DNA of 63,702 nucleotides, the filler included, from Stramenopiles sp. TOSAG23-6 (lineage: Eukaryota), in NCBI GenBank assembly GCA_900128565.1. It is 7 parts of 7 records of this genome, joined end to end, with 100 filler letters (N's around TTAATTAATTAA, not from the genome) between each part and the next. Parts side by side here need not be neighbours in the genome. Positions count along the whole stretch, not along the records: positions 18,279 to 27,314 come from LT636398.1; positions 27,415 to 36,427 come from LT636399.1; 5 more parts are not named here. The stretch is one strand, 5' to 3'. The notes below the pieces were generated by a model, which had not been told where the DNA came from, did not search any database, and saw only the letters and a program-made list of their open reading frames with translations. Below are positions 23,908 through 36,527 of the stretch, piece by piece (position 1 is the first letter of the stretch; every line of letters begins with the position of its first letter). A program made the translations under genes and the position numbers.

Positions 23908-24927
23908 ATGGACTTCGCAGGCATGCATGAAAACAAATGTATCAAAGAAGAGACTGTAAGTCTAACACGCCATCTTATTGTTTGTCAGCATGGCCTTCAT
24001 GGCTTTGCATCTGATTGGGAAAATTTTGTGAAAACCGTGCAGTGTACTCTTCCATTCGGAATTCGAGTGTATGTTTCAAGTGCAAATGAAAATTTTACGT
24101 CTGATGGAGTTGCAAACGGTGGTAGGAGACTTGCCGCAGAGATTATTGCAGAGCTTGGAGCCACATGTGAACTCGATTGTTACATATCTCTCATCGGTCA
24201 CTCTCTTGGTGGTCTCTACATACGCTATGCAGCTGAAATATTACATCGTACCGGAGTGTTCACAAAACATCGACCAATAAACTTCATAACATTAGCCTCT
24301 CCCCACTTGGGTATTCGGAGGGATCCTAATCGTAGCTTGTTCAACAGTATGTACATCACAATAGCAAATTGGCTCTGTCGAAGCACTCGAGAAATGTTGC
24401 TACAAGACAACACAGAAGAAATTATTGAGCACGGAATGCCAGTTCTTCAGTGGATGACCTCCGATAGTTATATATCCTCACTTCGCGCTTTTAAACGACG
24501 AAGCTTATATGCAAATATATCACACGATATTCAAGTACCATTTTCAACAGCGTCAATATTACCCTATAATCCATTTCAAAACGGTGAAAAACGTAGAAAA
24601 ATGTCACAAAGATTTTCAAAAGGTATCTATAAAAACCAACAAAATAGACACGAATTCCCTCATATTGTAGGGACGTGTTTCGATTCTATAGCAGATAGTT
24701 ATGATAGCAACAGTACATTTTTTCATGAGAGAGGAGAAATTGGTGTGGTGCTGCGAAGCATGTTGTCATCGTTACAGTCGTTAGAATGGAGACGAATTGC
24801 GTGTTCTTTAAGTCCTGTTGGTGCACATGTTCAAATAATTGGTAAACATTGTGGATTTTATGATTTATTTAGTCAAAATAGCTGTTTAGATATATGTAAA
24901 CATGTCAGAGAAGAATTGATTATATAA
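23908..24927 (+). CDS. DUF676 putative serine esterase/lipase
   Basis: HLIVCQHGLHG, ISLIGHSLGGLYIRYA, FITLASPHLG, FKRRSLYAN. Confidence 0.88.
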   Translation: MDFAGMHENKCIKEETVSLTRHLIVCQHGLHGFASDWENFVKTVQCTLPFGIRVYVSSANENFTSDGVANGGRRLAAEIIAELGATCELDCYISLIGHSLGGLYIRYAAEILHRTGVFTKHRPINFITLASPHLGIRRDPNRSLFNSMYITIANWLCRSTREMLLQDNTEEIIEHGMPVLQWMTSDSYISSLRAFKRRSLYANISHDIQVPFSTASILPYNPFQNGEKRRKMSQRFSKGIYKNQQNRHEFPHIVGTCFDSIADSYDSNSTFFHERGEIGVVLRSMLSSLQSLEWRRIACSLSPVGAHVQIIGKHCGFYDLFSQNSCLDICKHVREELII

Positions 24928-25067
24928 AGAATTTGATTATTGTTAAACATAATGTAATGAATTTCAACATGGGTGTGGGCATAGAAAATAATTTATAGTT
25001 CATCTTATACTAGTAATATAAAACACGTAGTATATAACAAATATAATCATATATTTTTCGTTCGATG

Positions 25068-26961
25068 TTATTTCGATTTTGTGTAAAGAGATGAAGGTGT
25101 CATGTCGATACCATCCCTTGACTTGTAAAAATGATTTGGGCAAACTTTACTCCAATAATGCCCAGTAGGGAATTCATACATACTTAAAGACTCCTCCTTC
25201 ATTTCCAATCCAAGCCCTGCATCAGTTGGTGCGATATATTTTCCGTTTCTTACAACTAAATCGTAGACAAAATGTTCTTGTAAATGATCAATGTATTCAG
25301 TCATTCGACCTTTGTAACATCCAGATAAATTAATATGATCAAAAACACATACATGGGCAGCCATGTTACAAAGTCCAACACCTCCAGCATGCAAACATAT
25401 CTTCACTTTCATTTTTGCAGCCATTAGCGAAACTACAATATACTCATTAATTCCACCTAACCTCGTTATGTCAGTCTGTAGAATTTTGTACGCTCCGTAT
25501 TGCAGAAATTGTTTGTGCATTACTCTATTTGACATTTGTTCACCTGTTGCCACGTGTATATTCAAATCTGGAGGGAATGTATTGTAAAAAAGTATTTCAA
25601 AGTAAAGATTTGTTGAGTAAGAAATTTTCTATGGAAAAACAATTTGAATGATATTTTTTTTAAAAATCATTAGGTACAAACTTTGGTACAAAAAAAACAA
25701 ATTTTAAATTGAAATGAATTATGAAAACGTACAATCTTTTGTATTCTTCTCCTCTTTCCATTGATCCATTTCACGTTGAAGTGTTCCATGTCCAATGATA
25801 TCATCGGGAGATGTATTGTGAAAAAAAAAATTTACCAAAAACAAAAAAATCGTTAGGTACAAAATTTCGTATGAAAAATAAATAAATTAAAAATTCATAT
25901 CTAACGTACATAGAGGCTCTTCAATCCAATATGGATTAAACTTGGCAAGTTGTCGCATATTGTCAATAGATTCTTGCACTTCCCAGACAGAATTTGCATC
26001 CATCATTAAATCACAGTCATGCCCAATAGCAGTACGCATAATTTCCGCACGACGACAATCATCTTCAATATTTACACCAACTTTCATCTTGAAAGATCGA
26101 AATCCTTCTTCTAGTGCATTTTTAACTTTTTGCTTCACTTCATCATCAGTATAACCTAACCATCCAGTAGCTGTCGTATAGGCTGGAAAGCCATTTTTCA
26201 TCATATCAAGTATGCGTTCTTTATGACCATTGGAGCGCAAGTTTGCGATTATTTTAATCCCTTCCTCTGGGGTAATCATATCGAGAACATAACGGAAATC
26301 GAGTAAACCAACAAGAAACTGTGGAGAATAATAATAACAAAATAATTTGATACTTGAAAAAAAAAATCTTATATAAAGTATTTGAGACACGAGTAAACAT
26401 AATATATCTAGTAGTGCAACTAAATATTTTGGGATTACTTCAGTAGAGAAATAAGATCTCAATAAAAAGAAAACTTACTTCTGGCTCCAAATCACTGATG
26501 AGTTTCCACACAGGTTTGTTTTCAAATTTTCCCCAAAGATCCCACATGGCATTGATTATTGCAGAAGCTCCTTGGTGTACAGGGCCTTTTTCTGGTCCAC
26601 ACCACTTTAGTTGTGAGCCATAACAAAGGTCTCGCCAAATAGTTTTAAAACCAACCTTTGAGGGGTTACCGAACTCTGCATCCGCATTAGTTATTTCTGA
26701 TAGCTTCAAACCAACAACCTTATGCTGGAGAGTTTCTACTGCAAGCTTCATCATTTCATTTCCTCGACCAATGCTGAACGAAAATGAAACACCAGTTAGG
26801 TTTGGTTGGTTTGTTTCAAGGGTGACGTAGACACACGAGTATTCTGGGTCTGGAGACATCGCGTCACTTCCATGCTTACCTTTTGAAGTATGAAAACGAA
26901 TATCCCTGGCGGTGACTTTTGTTATGACCACATCACACATATTCCTATCTGTCATTTTCAT
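25068..26961 (-). CDS. ENOSF1: L-fuconate dehydratase (enolase superfamily). Introns 26319-26478 (GT-AG), 25811-25909 and 25577-25732 (GT-AT)
   Basis: DIRF.TS...HGSDAM.PDPEYS, GPEKG, PAYTT..GWLGY, FKMKVG, WIEEPL|SPDD, VATGEQ, HAGGVGLC, EYIDHLQEHF. Confidence 0.93.
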
Positions 26962-27414
26962 ACACAAACGTGATATATAACGTTAAATATTGGCAAAATC
27001 AAAAGCAAAGTTGATAAAGAAAGAGGTATCCAAGAGAATGATCCCAAAATCACGTGAGAAAGAAAGTAGTCCTTGTCAAGTCTTTTTGATAGTATTTATT
27101 TTATAGGATCAAATTTTTTGAGAAAAAAAAAAAAAAAATGATGACCAAAACCTCCGAAAATTCAATGACCGCTGCTTGCAAAACACAAAGCAAAGAGAAC
27201 GCAAAGAAAAACAGAAGAGAACACACACTCCCTCTCCAAACAACAAAAAGGTGCAAAAAGTTGAAACTCATCATGGTTACTAAGCGGAAGAAATAAAAAA
27301 ATTAAAAATAGAATNNNNNNNNNNNNNNNNNNNNNNNNNNNNNNNNNNNNNNNNNNNNTTAATTAATTAANNNNNNNNNNNNNNNNNNNNNNNNNNNNNN
27401 NNNNNNNNNNNNNN

Positions 27415-27959
27415 GCCAGCTTCCAACTAGGTGGCACATCTGTGACTTTAACCATTTCACCCTGTCTCTGCAGAGCATAAACATATTTATTCACATCTTT
27501 TCTGCGTTTGAAGCCTAGAGCCTTTGCAATTTCAATAGTTTTTATAACTTCACCAATTGGTAAAGTTTTCATATAAGTCAAGATACGCTTTGGAACCGGA
27601 GCTTCTTCAGTATTACTTTCAGGTTTTTCAAGCTTCATCCGCTTAGGTGGCGGACAATTAGCGGTCGCTACATCCTCGGGATCCCCAGAAGCCAGCTTCC
27701 AACTAGGTGGCACATCTGTGACTTTAACCATTTCACCCTGTCTCTGCAGAGCATAAACATATTTATTCACATCTTTTCTGCGTTTGAAGCCTAGAGCCTT
27801 TGCAATTTCAATAGTTTTTATAACTTCACCAATTGGTAAAGTTTTCATATAAGTCAAGATACGCTTTGGAACCGGAGCTTCTTCAGTATTACTTTCAGGT
27901 TTTTCAAGCTTCATCCGCTTAGGTGGCGGACAATTTTGTTGTGTAGTATTCTCGATCAT
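27415..27959 (-). CDS. Protein with tandem Z-alpha (Z-DNA/Z-RNA-binding winged-helix) domains, truncated
   Basis: RILTYM...KTIEIAKALGFKRRKDVNKYVYALQRQGEMVKVTDVPPSWKL keeps the Z-alpha N-x-x-x-Y and PP-x-W residues; two identical units at 276-bp spacing. Confidence 0.85.
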
Positions 27960-28178
27960 ATTAAATTTTGTAAAATATAACTTGAATTGGATTACTGTAG
28001 GAGCCGTGACACTTGAACTTGTCGTTGTGATATTGTTGATTTGTTGATCGATGTCGGTGGGTTGAAACAGAATAAAGTCAGTGTAAATTTTTTTTACCGG
28101 TAGGTACCGTAGGCGGGGTATATAGCTTACGTAGGTCCTAATATCAAAGGTTCGAACGATCAAAGCGCATACATTAAA

Positions 28179-29531
28179 ATGATTCAGTTTATACTATGTA
28201 CAATGTTACTTGTATCTTCAAGTATATTTCATATTGAAGCAGCTGATTCGAAAACTCATGCCGCTTATGAAAAAACTGCCATGGATGAAAAAAGTCAAGC
28301 CATTCACGGAGGTAGTTTAGCTCCGTCTTTGATGGATATTACACGTCATATACCAATAGACTTATTAATTCAATTTCTCCCTGTACCTGATATGGTATCT
28401 CTTTCCGCTATAAATCAAGAGATGCATAAGAGTGTCCTTGGCAGCGCTGAGTCAAGAGTCGCGGAAATTGCTACGGAAATTGCCAGAGAAATTGGACGAT
28501 ACTCTGGTAAAGAACAAATAAAAGCTTCTTCCGAAAAAACGGAAAGCGAAACTTCATTAAAATGGCTGTATCGTGTAAAAAGAATTGAAAGAATGCTTTC
28601 TCAAATTTCTAATCACTTAGCAACAATAAACACTCTTACAAGGAAAGAAAGCGAAAGCCGTGATGACTGGCTAAACCGTATAGAAAGCACGTTATTGGAA
28701 AGGGAAGCTTTGACTGCGTTGTATTATTATACAAGTGGACAGAATTGGTCGGATAATACAAATTGGAACACAGATACGAATATTTGTACATGGTATGGAG
28801 TCACGTGTACTGACGGAAATGTTACTGAATTAGCTTTGGACTACAACAACCTATATGGTTCAATACCAAAAGCAATTGGTCAACTAACAAAGCTCAAAGA
28901 GTTGGACCTTGTTAGCAACGAACTATCTGGTCGAATACCAATGAAAATTGGTCAACTAACAAATCTCGAATATTTGAAATTGCGAAACAACAAATTATCT
29001 GGCTCAATACCAAAGGAAATTGGTCGACTAACAAATCTCAAAAGATTGGACTTGTTTAACAACCAACTATCTGGTCCAATACCAAATGAAATTGGTCGAC
29101 TAAGAAATCTCCAAGAATTGACCTTAATTCGAAACAACCTAACTGGTCCAATTCCAATGGAAATTAGTCAACTAACAAATCTAACATATTTGGACTTGTC
29201 ATTCAACCGACTATCTGGTCCAATTCCAAGTGAAATTGGTCGACTAACAAAGCTCATGGGGTTGTACTTGAATGATAACAACCTATCTGGTACAATTCCA
29301 AGTGAAATTGGTGAACTAACAAATCTCAAATATATGACCTTGATAAACAACAAACTATCTGGTTCAATTCCAAGTGAAATTGGTCGACTAACAAAGCTCG
29401 TACATTTGAAGTTGGAAAACAACAACCTATCTGGTATAATACCAAAAGAATTTTATCAACTAACAAATCTCACAAGATTAGCCTTGTCCAGGAACAAACT
29501 ATCTGGTCCAATTCCAAAGCAAATTGGTTAA
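28179..29531 (+). CDS. Signal-peptide LRR receptor-like protein with F-box-like segment and plant-type 24-aa LRRs
   Basis: ALTALYYYTSGQNW...CTWYGVTC LRR N-cap, then about ten LxxLxLxxNxLSGxIPxEIG repeats. Confidence 0.88.
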   Translation: MIQFILCTMLLVSSSIFHIEAADSKTHAAYEKTAMDEKSQAIHGGSLAPSLMDITRHIPIDLLIQFLPVPDMVSLSAINQEMHKSVLGSAESRVAEIATEIAREIGRYSGKEQIKASSEKTESETSLKWLYRVKRIERMLSQISNHLATINTLTRKESESRDDWLNRIESTLLEREALTALYYYTSGQNWSDNTNWNTDTNICTWYGVTCTDGNVTELALDYNNLYGSIPKAIGQLTKLKELDLVSNELSGRIPMKIGQLTNLEYLKLRNNKLSGSIPKEIGRLTNLKRLDLFNNQLSGPIPNEIGRLRNLQELTLIRNNLTGPIPMEISQLTNLTYLDLSFNRLSGPIPSEIGRLTKLMGLYLNDNNLSGTIPSEIGELTNLKYMTLINNKLSGSIPSEIGRLTKLVHLKLENNNLSGIIPKEFYQLTNLTRLALSRNKLSGPIPKQIG

Positions 29532-29964
29532 CTACCAAAACTCTCCTACTCGGCCTTCTAATAATGCACCATCTCTGGTGGGTATAAAAATGATTCGAAA
29601 TTTTGGATGATTTCGATTTATCTTATATTCAGAAATAAAAGTAATAAAAGTTATTAAAAGTTATTATTACTATACTAATAGTACTAGTACTATTATTTCG
29701 TGTTTCTCGGAGTGAATTCCAAATTAATTCAATATTTTTTTATTTTTTTTGTCGTGTTTCTAATTTCAATAATTTCCCGTTCAAACTTCAAACACTTTTG
29801 TGAATTTGAGATTTAGAACATTGCAGTAGTCTAGATTGCATGCTACTACATCCAAATAGTGACGTGAAAGACATTGTTAGATTGATCTCAAAGTAATTAG
29901 TTCTATAATTTATGTGTATGCTTCTTAGCCGAATAGCTATTTTGTCGTAAGACTCAACGTGTAA

Positions 29965-32900
29965 ATGCGAAATTGGTGGAATGGAGGAAGTGCACCTGGT
30001 GGTAAGTCTATCAGTGGTAAAGGTGGATACACAATAGGTAATTTACGTGAGCTCTACGGCATTCTTCTAAAGAATGAGAAAATAACAATAGAAAACGAGA
30101 CTACTGTTGTTGAAACTCTACGTCTATTATCTGAAGTTGTTGTATATGGTGATAGTCAAAAGAGTGAGTCATTTTTTGAGTTTTTTTGTGAAAAGTCGAT
30201 GCTTTCACTTTTCAACCGTATTTGCGAGCAGGATTGCTCAAATGCTGTAAAAACCCAGGTAATTCAAACAGTGTATATTCTTGTTATTAATATTAAGACA
30301 GATACTTCGATGTTTTATTTAATGTCAAATAATCATATTAACGAGTTAATTTTGATGGATTTGGACTTTAGTGACATTGATGTGATTTCTCAGTATATCT
30401 CATTCTTGAAGGCATTATCGCTTAGATTGAACGAAAACACAATTCAATTCTTTTTTGATAATTCAGCATCTGGTCGTGCTTGTTTTCCTCTTTTTACTGA
30501 ATGCATACGCTTTTTTGAACATACGGAAAGCATGTACGTTTTCAACATTTATTTTTTTTGGTACGAAATTTTGTACCTAACGATTTTTTTTACATTTCGT
30601 TTTCAACATTTATTTCAACGTTTATTTTTTGTTTGTATAAAATTCTGAACCTGACGATTTTCGAATTTTACATATTTTTTTGATTTTGCATGGTTCGTAT
30701 TGCAGTTCGTACCATCATCTTAAATATCATCAAAAATGCAAACGCTGACCCAGCAATTAGACTATTTGTATTGAAAAGTTCGTTTTCAAACTTTAATAAT
30801 TTCGATTTTTTTTTGTAGTAAATTCTATACCTAACAAAAAAAAAAAAAAAAATGACATATTTCCCCAAATATATGTGATTTCTTTACTCTTTTTTGTAAG
30901 CAATTACAGTATAGATGTCGGAGATTATCTAAAATATTCATCAACACAAAAGTGAAATCAAACAACGAAATATCGCATTTACAGACGGAGTTAGATACAT
31001 TCAGAGATGAGGTGTGTTATATTTCAGATATATATGACTGTCAACTCATTGAATTAAATGTACGTTTTCATCATTTATTTTTTTCATACGAAATTTTGTA
31101 CCTAACGAATGGTCAATATTTTTTTTAAATGTTTCGTATCAAATTTCTTACTTAACGAATATTAATGTGACATAGTTCTTCACAATACATAATGTTTTAA
31201 CAAAAGTCTTATTTGATACAATTATCCCATTTTGTATCAATGCGTTTGTTTTTGAAAGTATACCTAACCCTAGTGACACCAAAGATTCAAAATCAAATCT
31301 TTCATTTTTTCTTCCTTCATCGATTGATAAAAATGTTTTTAGTTCTTTGCCTTTATTTATACAAGTTGAGCAGTATGTTTTATTTTTTTTTCAATTTCGA
31401 ATTTTTTTTTCATAGGAAATTTTGTACCTAACAAATTTTAGTTTTTTTTTTGAAATATTTTTCCACAATTTATATTAAAACAGAGTGGATGTGATGGAAC
31501 TAGTCTTATTCTATCTTTAGTCGTATTGACTGAATTATTTCTATCAGTGACTTATGAACCATTTTTAAACCATGTGCTAAATGAATTATTTTGTTGTGAT
31601 AGATTTTCATTTTCCAAGTTGATGGTTTTATTACAACGGAAAGATGAACGCATCACTATGGGTGTTTTATGTATGACATCTGCAATTCTTGGAAGTAAAG
31701 CAGATATTCCAAAAGATTTTTTTCAAAATGTTCCAAACGAATTTGAATTAAATACAAATATAACACCACAAACAAATACAAATATAAAATCACAAACAAA
31801 TACAAATATAAAATCACAAACAAATACAAATATAACACCACAAACAAATACAAATATAGCAACACCATTAGATGTACATAAAGATAAAATAAAAGAAAAC
31901 CCAAAACAAGAAAAGAAAGTAAAATGCAGTTTATTCATTGCAGCTATTTTACGTCGTGTATTATTTCGTGTTCCTCCTAGATCTTTGACGACGTCTTATG
32001 TTGCTTCTACAATGATTTTAGAATTTATAAAAAGAAGAAAACAGAAAAAAGAAAAATCTGATATAAACTTCGAGGAAGAAAAAAATGGATTAGAAGAAAT
32101 ATTATTGGATGAGTTAAAAAGTTCATATATGTCTGCAGCAACTGCCGTTATAAGTCTAATTGGGTCAGTTGAAAATTCTAATAAAGATGGTCATCAAAGT
32201 TTAAGTAGTAATGGACTAGGTATGGCATTATCACTCAATTTATTTGAAGAAGAGTTTGAGTATATAAAAATGATTTATGAGTCTCCAACAAATCGGAAAC
32301 GCCTACTAAGAGTTGCAAAGTTTCTTGCACCATTAGAGATAGAGAAACATCTTGATGTAATTGATAGAGCAAGATTGTGTCTTCAGGCGTGCGTGGTATT
32401 GAGAAAATTATTATTTGAAATGAATGCGAAAGGATTTGTGAAATCGAACAAAAATAATACTATAAAAAATACTGTCTTGCATGGGAAAGAATCACCCTCT
32501 CCGACTATTAAAAATAATCCACCATTATCACCGATTTTGGTAAAATCAGATGTTATATACGTTTTCATCATGAATTTTAATTTTTTTTTTGTACCATGAA
32601 AACTTCATACCTAACAAAATTGTAATTTTTACCAAAAAAAAAATATTTTTTCACAATACACTTCTCTATCATCTTTGTTAACACAAACAAGAGTCGTCAA
32701 TGAGTCTGATGGAATTGAATTAAGTGAAAAAACACCATATGTGCGGTGTACTTTACACACACCTAAAATAGATGGACAAAAAAGTGAAAAAATCTCAAAT
32801 AGATCGTTGAATGATAATTGGCGAGGATCAGTTGTGTATCTTGTTATTGGTCGTCACTGGGTTGTTCTTGTTGAACCATCAAAAAGAAACCCTCGGCAAG

Positions 32901-33259
32901 GTATTGCGAAATCTGTTATGCCCATCCATCATTGTGAAGCTCGAATTGAAGTGAGTAATACAAGAGTATTACATCTAACTTGTGAATCTAGTAAACCTAT
33001 CGGTTGTGCAAAACCTCTCTCTCCGTCGGTATCGGCTGAAAGTAGAAATATAATTGAAACACAACATCCCTTAGTTTCACCACCTGTGAGACCACTTCAA
33101 ACTCGTTGGCATCTCGTCCTAGTTTTTGACAATTCATCTTTATCTACTGAAGCGAAGCGGAGAATAGACAATAGTATGAGAAAGTTGCGAGCAGCTAAAT
33201 TGAATCGGATTGCAGAGATTTTATTAGCTCCTTCATTTGAACATCCAGACGCAAATTAA
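29965..33259 (+). CDS. CLEC16A: CLEC16A/TT9/GOP-1 (FPL domain) protein, about 5 family introns including 30534-30691 and 32557-32661
   Basis: VETLRLLSEVVVYGD, FEFFCEK, YLMSNNHINELI, YISFLKALSLRLN, HTES|MVRIAVRT. Confidence 0.88.
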
Positions 33260-33347
33260 TGTTTCTATGAATAAGAATGAATGCTGAAAAATAAAATAAT
33301 AGATAATTTTCTAGTAAGAATTTATTTCGTACAAAATGTATATACGT

Positions 33348-36117
33348 TCAAGATTTTTTTCTAGGCCTGTTTTTTAATTTATTACTTTGTTTCTTTTGTC
33401 CGTGTGAGTGCTTCTTAGGAAATGATTGCTGTGTATTCATTTCATTACTTTTTTGTGAACTCTTAGATGAAACTGTGTTATTCGTACTTTGTTTTTTTTT
33501 GTTTGGTTTGTTACCCGCTTGTCTTTTAGAAACATTTTGATTCTTAGAATTTGGATTCGATTTTTGTGTATTCTGACCTGTTGGTCTTTTAGAAACATTT
33601 TGATTCTTCTTATTATTTTTCATGTCAGAGACAGATGTATGATTTTGATTCTTGTTATTATTTTTCATTTCAGAGACATTTGTATGACTACTTTGACGAG
33701 CTAAACTTTTTTCTTTTTTTCTCATTTTCTTTTGATTTCCACTTCGATTAATGACACTTCTCTTTGGGATTTGTTCTTTATCTTGTTTTTGCGTTTTGTG
33801 TTGTGTTTTGGTCTTTTTCTGTTGATTTTGTGAAACTTTCTTTTTTTTCGATACGCCTCCACGTGCAACTCCTGTGCGCATCGCAGAAGCATGAGCAGCA
33901 ACCATTGCTAAATTATTATTTGATCTCTGCTGTTTATTATAATTCTGATTTTTCGTATGACTTCTTTCTACCCTTGGAATTGCTGGCGGTGTTTCAGAGT
34001 CGCTACCTGAAAAAAGCTCCTGGAATCGAATGTCTAAACTTTGTAGCTGCGAATTTTCAGTTTCAGACAATTTGATATTTTTAGTCACTTTTTTTACCAG
34101 TGCTTGAATATCTTTCGCTTGAGTCAAGAGATGTTGTAATGCTTTATCATCATGTATCATGAAAAAATATGTCACAAAAAAAATCGTTAGCTACGGAATT
34201 TCATAAGAAAAATAAATAAATTCCAAATGCACATGATGAAACGTTCATCTTCAATAGTTTGCTGCAAAGTTTCGTGTTTATCAGATAGCTCATCGACCAA
34301 GCTTGAAGCACCCATTAATTTCATCGCTTCCATTTCCTGAGAAATGTTACATACATGTATTGTAAAAAAATGAAATTCGAAATTTGTTAGGTACAACATT
34401 TCGTATGAAAAAAAAAATGAAATTCATAATGAAAACGTACAGAACTCAAAGAATTTGTTTTTCGACTTCTGAGAAATTTTACACACAAGATTTCATGCTG
34501 TAAGTATAATAAAGTGGTTGCAAATATTTTTTGCCTTGTCACAGTTTCACTTTGATTTCGTGTTGCTGCACTTTTCTCATCGAGAGCATCTTCATACTGT
34601 AAAGCTTCCTGTGCTGCTATGTATTTTGGAAAAATATTTCAAAAAAATAAGTTTTGTTAGGTACGAAATTTCGTACGGAAAAAAAATCGAATTTGAAAAA
34701 AATAAAACATACATCGTGGCATCGTGATCAATTTTTGATTCCAACTGACGTATGTTACGTTCCAGGGGATATTTCTTTTTCTCTAGATTCATGTATTGTG
34801 AAAAAATAAATGAACAAAAAAAAAATGTTAGGCACAAAATTTTGTACGAAAACAAAAATTCGAAATTCATTATGAAAAACATACATACTTATCTTTGCAG
34901 CTTCAAAGATATTTGAGCATTTCTTTTTTTGTTGTGTTGCTTCAAGGTGTGCATTTTCAGATTGTTGATTCAAATCACTTCGCTTTTGGCGAGCTTTTTC
35001 AGTTTCATTTTCAAGTTTTTTAAACTCAGTTAAAAGCCGTTGACGTCTATTTTTTAATTCTAATTCAAGTTTGTCTAATTTCACAATTTCTTCTCGGATT
35101 TTCTGTGCTTTTCTTTGGTGTGTTTCGGAAGAATTTATATTTTTTTTATGTGCCTCTTCAAAATGTTTTTCTCGCAGAGCTATGTCTGCCTTGAGCTTTA
35201 ATTCTATCGACTCCACAGTTTCACACACTCCATAACTAGTCGAAAGACGCAGTGCTCGTAAAGTATTATGTATTTTGGAAAAATATTTCAAAAAAAAAAC
35301 TAAAAATCGTTAGGTACAAAATTTCGTACGAAAAAAAAATTCAATTTCAAATTGTAAAAAATAACGAAAAAAAACATACATTAGAATAGACATGCTCGTC
35401 AACGTGACCAAGATAACCCATACCAAAATGTATAGGTTGACCAATAAGCTCGTCCTTTGGACCTATCTCTTTAAACACAGCTACTTCTGAACTTCCCCCA
35501 ATACCACCTTGGATTCTTCGAAGTCCTGTTTTGATATTGTGATTTTTACCAATTGTAGAAATTGTTTGTTCGGTATGGAGAAAATGTTTGCTTTCTAAGA
35601 CCCACCAATGGAAAAAGGTTGGTAACCAGTTGCTCTTTGGTTTTTTTTTGAATCTCTTTTTACGTTTTTCTACACAACGTGCTTGCGCACATGGACAGAG
35701 CCCTCCACTCCCGAGACATGGTCTTTTTCCCAACTGTGCTCCTATTTTCCCTTTGGGTGATCGAATGTATCGTAACGCTGTTTCTTTGGTTAATAACGAG
35801 CACACATCGTCCACGGCCATTTTAATTATACCAACGACGTGTTTACAATAGTATTTTGAAGACTTCTTATAATGCTCTTCATCAAACAGCGACAAAATCG
35901 TACCAGGTCTAGTGAAACAGTCGCGGCAGTTAGCCGAGGACTTAGGAGGAGCATCCGAAGACGAACATGTCTCACACGGAGTGTAATACGCTTTTGCCAC
36001 ACCATGAACAATTGTCAGTAACGAAGTAAAGTTACCCATTTTATTTATCTCTTTTCTAATGTTGTGAATTTGGAAGTCGGTAAAATATAACCTCATTCTT
36101 AGGTTCGTCTCCGCCAT
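33348..36117 (-). CDS. Hypothetical multi-exon protein (Cys-containing N-terminus, coiled coil, K/N/Q-rich tail), about 5 family introns
   Basis: ORFs 35347-36117, 34755-35291, 34187-34399 and 33348-34175 are linked in frame by family introns. Confidence 0.55.
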
Positions 36118-36527
36118 CCTAAATTTGGACGATGATTCGATGATTCAACGCTATTATAATTTTAAAGTTGGATTTTGAATCCGGATCGGAAGATTCGGGA
36201 ATAATAAGCGGAGTTTTGATGTGAAATGACGTATGATGCTTTTAACCCTAACCCTAAAGGTACAAAATATTTTGTACCCAGTTTTGTACCCCTGAGAGTG
36301 GTCCACAGTGAAAGTTGAAAAAAACACGAAAAAATACGAAAAAATAGATGGATGGATATCATTACACAAAAAAAAAAAAAAAAATTTAAGTAAAAAATTC
36401 ATAATGAAAATGTACCACTTAATCTTTNNNNNNNNNNNNNNNNNNNNNNNNNNNNNNNNNNNNNNNNNNNNTTAATTAATTAANNNNNNNNNNNNNNNNN
36501 NNNNNNNNNNNNNNNNNNNNNNNNNNN

